Part shown: piece after piece, positions 57,280-64,000 of the stretch | How the letters are laid out: every line of letters begins with the position of its first letter | How positions within the stretch are numbered: position 1 is the stretch's first letter | NCBI GenBank assembly: GCA_951406725.2 | Contig: OX597822.1 | Location: 29,574,001-29,638,000 of the forward strand | Reading direction: 5' to 3' | From: Octopus vulgaris | Lineage: Eukaryota | DNA: 64,000 nt | Position numbers and translations under genes: made by a program | The notes under the pieces: model-generated | Seen by the model: the letters and a program-made list of their open reading frames with translations, nothing else | What the model was told of the DNA's origin: nothing | Databases searched by the model: none

Positions 57280-57552
57280 TAGAGGCGCAATGGCCCAGTG
57301 GTTAGGGCAGCGGACTCGCGGTAGTAGGATCGCGGTTTCGATTCCCAGACCGGGCGTTGTGAGTGTTTATTGAGCGAAAACACCTAAAAGCTCCACGAGG
57401 CTGTACTCTTTCACCACTCTTTCTCTCACTCTTTCTTCTGTTGGCCTGCTCGCTTAGCCAGCAGGGTGGCGTCATTCGAAAGCTAAAACAATGCGAATGC
57501 ATTGTGACCAACGGTGTGTAGCAACATCTGATGGTCTGGTCGGTCACGTGAT
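57280..57552 (+). mobile_element. tRNA-derived SINE related to family C
   Basis: GAGGCGCAATGGCCCAGTGGTTAGGGCAGCGGACTCGCGG...GTTTCGATTCCC head. Confidence 0.75.
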
Positions 57553-57623
57553 CACCTTTTTTGCTACCCAAGTATCGGTTATCATTTGAATTATCCGTAA
57601 TAAGATAATTCATTTATCTACTT

Positions 57624-57686
<63 letters not shown>

Positions 57687-58261
57687 TGTACTAGCGGGCC
57701 CCCCATCCTTCGGCCCGGTCTGTGCGGTGCTCAAATAAGGCGAGTTTATGGGATTACTCTGAGGCACATATTGGAACATCAGGCACATATTGGCATTTAT
57801 CATAATCCCCATTTTCCTTACAATAAAATTTGTTAAATGTTATTTCAATATTATATAACATAATTTTTCACATCTATTTACAATATATATCACCAAATTT
57901 TACCTCACTAATCGAAAAATTAGTTTCGGAAAATTCAAAGGTTTCGGCTTTGATGGGAGTGAAAAAATGGTTTTCACTACAAATTCCGATATAGTTGGAA
58001 TGTATACCATTAGAAACATAATTGTGGAAAATTTTATTTTAAAATATCCATTTTCCCTAAAGTTATGAAATTCGGTGGGGCACTCTTATGTAGGTATGCC
58101 CTATCTGTAGAAAAAAAGCATACCCATGAAATAGACAGTAAAGGGATTGTTAGAAACAGGAGCCAATGCACTACCAACTCGGCTACCCCCATTCCATTTT
58201 CGGAAAATAAGTGCAGGTAGAATGGTAAAATTAATTGAAATGATACGAAAAATCTGAAATA

Positions 58262-58475
58262 TTCTACTCGTTTACTCGTTTACTTGTTTCAGTCACTTGA
58301 CTGTGGCCATACTGGAGCACGGCCTTTAGTCGAGCAAATCGATCCCAGGACTTATTCTTTGTAAGCCTAGTACTTATTCTATCGGTCTCTTTTCCCGAAC
58401 CGCTAAGTTACGGGGACCTAAACAAACCAGCATCGGTTGTCAAGCGATGTTGGGGGGACAAACACAGACACACAA

Positions 58476-58522
<47 letters not shown>

Positions 58523-58640
58523 CATATATACGACGGGCTTCTTTCAATTTCCATCTACCAAATCCACTCACAAGATTTTGGTCAGCCTGGAGGCTATAGT
58601 AGAAGACACTTGCCCAAGGTGCCACACTGCGGGACTGAAT
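58262..58640 (-). mobile_element. SINE family B
   Basis: Reverse complement of the 28410-28866 body and tail. Confidence 0.8.
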
Positions 58641-58966
58641 TTTATTTAGTGTTTTCAGCGGTCAACGCATTTAACTTTGCTTTCTATGAGGATATGCGCG
58701 CGCGCGAGCGTGTGTGTTTGTACGTTTGTGTCTGTTTGTCCCCACCACCGTTTGGCAACAGGTGTTGGTGTATTTACCTCTCCGTAGCGGTTCGACAAAA
58801 AAGACGGATAAAATAAGTACCAGGCTTAGCAAAGAAATACGTATCGGGGACTATTCATTCGACTAAAAGACTCTTCATGGCGGCGCCCCAAATGGCTGCA
58901 GTCCAATGACTGAAGCCAGTAAAAAATAAAGAAGCCAGATTCCGCAAAAGAAGTATCAGTAATATA

Positions 58967-60302
58967 AGGCAGCGAACTGGCAGAAATGTTAGCGCACCGG
59001 GCGAAATTCTTAGCGGTATTTCGTCTGCCGTTACGTTCTGAGTTCAAATTCCGGCGAGGTCGACTTTCCTTTTTATCCCTTCGTGGTCGATGAATTAAGT
59101 ACCATTTACGCACTGGGGTCGATGTAATCGACTTAATGCCATTGCCTGTCCTTGTTTGTCCCCTCTATGTTTAGCCCCTTGTGGGTAATAAAGAAATAGG
59201 TATTTCGTCTGCCGTTACGTTCTGAGTTCAAATTCCGGCGAGGTCGACTTTCCTTTTTATCCCTTCGTGGTCGATGAATTAAGTACCATTTACGCACTGG
59301 GGTCGATGTAATCGACTTAATGCCATTGCCTGTCCTTGTTTGTCCCCTCTATGTTTAGCCCCTTGTGGGTAATAAAGAAATAGGTATTTCGTCTGCCGTT
59401 ACGTTCTGAGTTCAAATTCCGCCGAGGTCGACTTTCCTTTTTATCCCTTCGTGGTCGATGAATTAAGTACCATTTACGCACTGGGGTCGATGTAATCGAC
59501 TTAATGCCATTGCCTGTCCTTGTTTGTCCCCTCTATGTTTAGCCCCTTGTGGGTAATAAAGAAATAGGTATTTCGTCTGCCGTTACGTTCTGAGTTCAAA
59601 TTCCGCCGAGGTCGACTTTCCTTTTTATCCCTTCGTGGTCGATGAATTAAGTACCATTTACGCACTGGGGTCGATGTAATCGACTTAATGCCATTGCCTG
59701 TCCTTGTTTGTCCCCTCTATGTTTAGCCCCTTGTGGGTAATAAAGAAATAGGTATTTCGTCTGCCGTTACGTTCTGAGTTCAAATTCCGCCGAGGTCGAC
59801 TTTCCTTTTTATCCCTTCGTGGTCGATGAATTAAGTACCATTTACGCACTGGGGTCGATGTAATCGACTTAATGCCATTGCCTGTCCTTGTTTGTCCCCT
59901 CTATGTTTAGCCCCTTGTGGGTAATAAAGAAATAGGTATTTCGTCTGCCGTTACGTTCTGAGTTCAAATTCCGCCGAGGTCGACTTTCCTTTTTATCCCT
60001 TCGTGGTCGATGAATTAAGTACCATTTACGCACTGGGGTCGATGTAATCGACTTAATGCCATTGCCTGTCCTTGTTTGTCCCCTCTATGTTTAGCCCCTT
60101 GTGGGTAATAAAGAAATAGGTATTTCGTCTGCCGTTACGTTCTGAGTTCAAATTCCGCCGAGGTCGACTTTCCTTTTTATCCCTTCGGGGTCAATGAATT
60201 AAGTACCATTTATGCATTGGGGTCGATGTAATCGACTTAATCCGTTTGTCTGTCCTTGTTTGTCCCTTGTGTGTTTAGCCCCTTGTGGGCAATAAAGAAA
60301 TA
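58967..60302 (+). repeat. Tandem array of 7 x 184-bp family A SINE units behind one SINE head
   Basis: Unit starts at 59015, 59199, 59383, 59567, 59751, 59935, 60119; AGTAATATA TSD at 58958-58966 and 60303-60311. Confidence 0.95.
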
Positions 60303-60558
60303 AGTAATATACTGTGGTACATACAAATATTTATACAATCTGGTCTATATAAGTAAATATTCGTGTTCCTAAATCAATTTTATGTGTATTATGCAGCAAA
60401 ACCTGCATGAAATAGAAGCCTTTAACTAAGAACTAGAATCCTTAGGATAGGAAGGACAATACCGCAATATCAATGAGTGGTATATTATAAAAAAACATTA
60501 CCGTAAACCAAGAAATCGCGAAGCCTTTAACAAACTCCAACCTATACACACACGCACA

Positions 60559-60643
<85 letters not shown>

Positions 60644-61932
60644 GTATATATCCATCATCAGCGGCCTAACGGATATGATTGTGGTTTCGACACCTGGGCA
60701 GAATATCCGAATTCATGCGGCACACATGCAAAAACAAACGGACAAAAGCATAAAGTCATACAAGCATGCATACATACATATATACATATATTTGGTATAT
60801 ATACACATTTACAATATATATACACACAAAGATAGATAAATAAACAGACAGATGGAAAGATAAATTGATAGAGAGATAGAGATAGAGAGAGAAAGAGAGA
60901 GAGAGAGAGCAAGAGCAAAAAAGTTTATTGAGAACTAAAGGCAAAAAAGTAGGAGAGACATTTATAGTCAATATTATTAGTTTGACGCTCAAACAAGAGA
61001 GGAAGAGTGGAGAGTATTACGTTTCGGACACAGGTCTTCTTCAGATATTAGAGAAAAGACTAGGAAGAGAAGGGAGGAAGAAAAAGAAAGATAAAGATAG
61101 AAGAGAGTACACGTACGTGCGCGCGTGCACACACATACACTCACATATACAACATAAAAATAATTTCAAGAGAGGGCTATCTCCTATCCAACGAATGCCC
61201 AACCGACCAACCAACCGACCGCCCAGTAGACAAACAAACCCGAACAAAAGAATATATACAATGCATGAAAGCAAACAAAGTCGGTCGAATAAAGTTTTGT
61301 GTCAGTGAATAGTGAGGCCATGTTGTAAACAATAGAGGTTAGAATCTCTTTTATTTATGACAAAAAAAAAAAATAGAAGAAAGAAATGGCCTTTTTTTAA
61401 AAAAGGTTTTTATTTCTACTGGGATGTGAATCTATAACACGTGTTGCCAGCAACTGGGTGATGGGAATGTATCCCAGGCGATCATTCAGCATACTTATAG
61501 GAGCTCACGTGAAATGTGGAATATCGACAGTTGAAAAGAAAACATCAACGAAAACGATACAAAAAATAAACAAAAAAAGGAACAAAACAACTGTAAATTC
61601 TCACAGATAAAATATGGTGAGTTGGAAAAGAAATCTAAGTAAAATCTCGATTAACAAATTATCCGTGCAGTTAGTAAGGAACAATCCATTCCAGGTGACT
61701 TTCAAAGCTTTAAAAACATCCCAATAGCCAAGGGAAATAAGTCCAATATACCAATCACCCGATAATTTTGTCTAAGAAAGATGAACATAAGAATAGATCT
61801 TGCCTTTAAAATTAAATGGTGAAGGTACTAGATGTTCCGATCGTCTTAGTGCTCCTCAGAGAAGTATATTCAGCTCCCAGTTAGCAAGACTTAGAAGATA
61901 ACAGTGAGGGAAGGAATGTGTTAATGTGTGAG

Positions 61933-61968
<36 letters not shown>

Positions 61969-62264
61969 CAAATAATTAAGGAGGAAAACTTTTTGCGAAG
62001 ATATCGTTGACTATATTATTATCTAGTGTATCAATTAAGAATGATAATAACAGAATCAATAACATAGGCGATTGCAGGCCAAAAAAGCACATTAGATAAC
62101 TGAAGGAATAAAAATTAATCAAAGGACATACTGAGTATGTCTACCTGCTGGAAATAACAGTCAAAACTTTAAATAGCCAAAATACACTGATAATACAGAA
62201 ATCAACCTCTGAAGGCAAACGGGCTAAGGCATTCTCTCAGCATACATTCAAATATTTGGACTTA

Positions 62265-64000
62265 CGTGGACCTGAAAAAGTCAATGAGGTCTTAGCCAAA
62301 GAAGAAGGTATCCGTCTTCAGCCCTTTCAATCGCGTCCACCACACTACCTCTTTTGCCATATCCACCAGACAGAGAAAAGTTGCCCTCTCCTCCCGGCCA
62401 AAAGAGGGACTATAGCCGGATCCGTCCTACACATGACAATAAATGTTCAACAAAGCTCCACAAGTCAGCAATGCGCGGGCACTGTACGAGAGCATGAAGA
62501 ACGGTTTCATCGCTCCGCGTGCATCTCGGACTAGCCCGACTGACTACACCTGTGCCTGTAGAGCTTATCTCGAACCGGCAGCGCCCCCAGCAGCACTGTC
62601 AGTTCAGGGATTTCTGGACGTTATCCATAGTTCCCGGCTCGAAAGTCCTCCAGAAGAGAACAGCCAGTTGATCGTCCTCGATAACCAGGATCTCTCCGAG
62701 TACGTGTCGCTCTTGCTCTCCACTAATCCCCTATAGAACTTCCATCGACCGCACTACCTGAGTGGCCGATGGCTGTGAGTGCTTGGAGACACTCAAGGTG
62801 CCAAGCGTCCTGTCTCGGGACGAGCTGCGGAAAAGCGTGTTCAACAAACGGTGACGACACTGTTCACCGTTAAGATTTCGTTGAAGATGTTGCAGCCTCA
62901 GCACATGTCTGCGCATCCTCAGCTCTGTACTCCACGCACATGTACTCCAGCATATGTCTGCGCATCCTCATGCTCTGTACTCCACGCAACAGGTGCTGAC
63001 AGCAAATGGACCGTCTAACAAGCGGTACCTGTCCCTTCCACGGGAAGCTGAAGAGTAAACGCACCAGCCCGTTCGGCCATGAAGCGGGGCAAGAGATCAC
63101 AGTCAGGTGGTGGTAGTATATGAAAAATTCGCCACCTCCGCCCGATTTTTGAGGGATAGCTTCCTCTCGGCCTATTTCTGGGTGATACTGGCCACCTGTT
63201 TGTCACGTCGACCCAGTTCTTCTCCGCTTGGAGGTCCGGACCGAACCAGATCCCGAGCAATTTAGCAAGTCCTTCTGTCCAACACCGCACCACACCATCA
63301 GTTGGCATGAGCCTGTCTCTCCAGGTTTCGAGCTGCAAGCCCACTGACGTCTCCTGTTTGAGCATTGCTCCTGTCACCGCTTCGTATTCGCTTAGGGTAG
63401 TGCCGACCATCTCGATTTCCGAGATGTCCGACACTATCACGGTGACGTCATCCGCATAGGCCGACACGACCTTTCCGCATTTCAGTTAACGCGGGATGCA
63501 CCTCGAAACCTTCAGCTTCCACAGTAATGGCTCGAGTGCCAGTACGTAGAGAAGGGGTGAGAGTGGACATCCTTCACAGACCGAACGTACGATACTAAAC
63601 GATTCCGAGAGGTGGCAATGTACTTTGACCACCGAACAAATGTCGCTGTACATTGCAGTAATCCAGCCTCTGAAAACGGGACCGAAACCAGCCGCCTTGA
63701 GGACAGCCTCCAAGAACAGGTGGTCGACCCTATCAAATACTTTCAATTGATCCAAATGGATCACGGTTCCACTCATGTCAGGTACTTTGCCAACCCTCTC
63801 TATAATGTATCATGTGAGGTGGAGGTTGTCGTGTATTGTTCTGCTGCGGATAGTACCAGTCTGTCAACGACAAGCGCCAACCTCTTTGCTGACACCTTAG
63901 CCAAAATTTTGTAATCTATATTTAGCAGACTTAACGGCCTAAAGTTATCAACAATGTCCCCCTTGTTCGGATACTTTCTAAGTAGCATCACCACATCTCG
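62265..64000 (-). mobile_element. Degenerate L1/Tx1-clade LINE ORF2 (RT + C-terminal zinc finger), runs off the window end
   Basis: NFRPLSLLNIDYKILAK, DQLKVFDRVDH, EGCPLSPLLYVLALEPLL, AYADDVTV, KLLGIWF, PRCTRSDETVLHALVQC; frameshifted. Confidence 0.9.

Noticed and set aside
59015-60302. Regular array resembling CRISPR
   Set aside because: Units are identical end to end with no unique spacers, are SINE-derived, and the context is eukaryotic with no cas genes.

Overview
AT-rich, microsatellite-saturated animal genomic DNA; the SINE/LINE repertoire and (TA)n/(TCTA)n/(AAT)n density suggest an octopus or other coleoid cephalopod (inference). Only one convincing host coding exon is visible: the first coding exon of a claudin/PMP22-superfamily membrane protein (51215-51446, minus). 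Almost all other listed ORFs are microsatellite artefacts or transposon relics (mariner, a hAT/Buster element, L1/Tx1, RTE and R4/Dong-type LINE pieces, several tRNA-derived SINE families). The most striking pattern is a dense set of Penelope-like (PLE) derived elements, mostly embedded in (TA)n tracts, with fold-back (inverted) architecture and about a dozen type I hammerhead ribozyme motifs (CUGANGA...GAAAC, palindromic or absent stem III), plus two GIY-YIG endonuclease remnants. Other highlights: a 7 x 184-bp tandem SINE array whose unit junction recurs at other loci, a SINE tail shared with an L1/Tx1 LINE 3' end, two long imperfect RNA-like hairpins, and local templated duplications. All calls were made by eye and boundaries of degenerate repeats are approximate.
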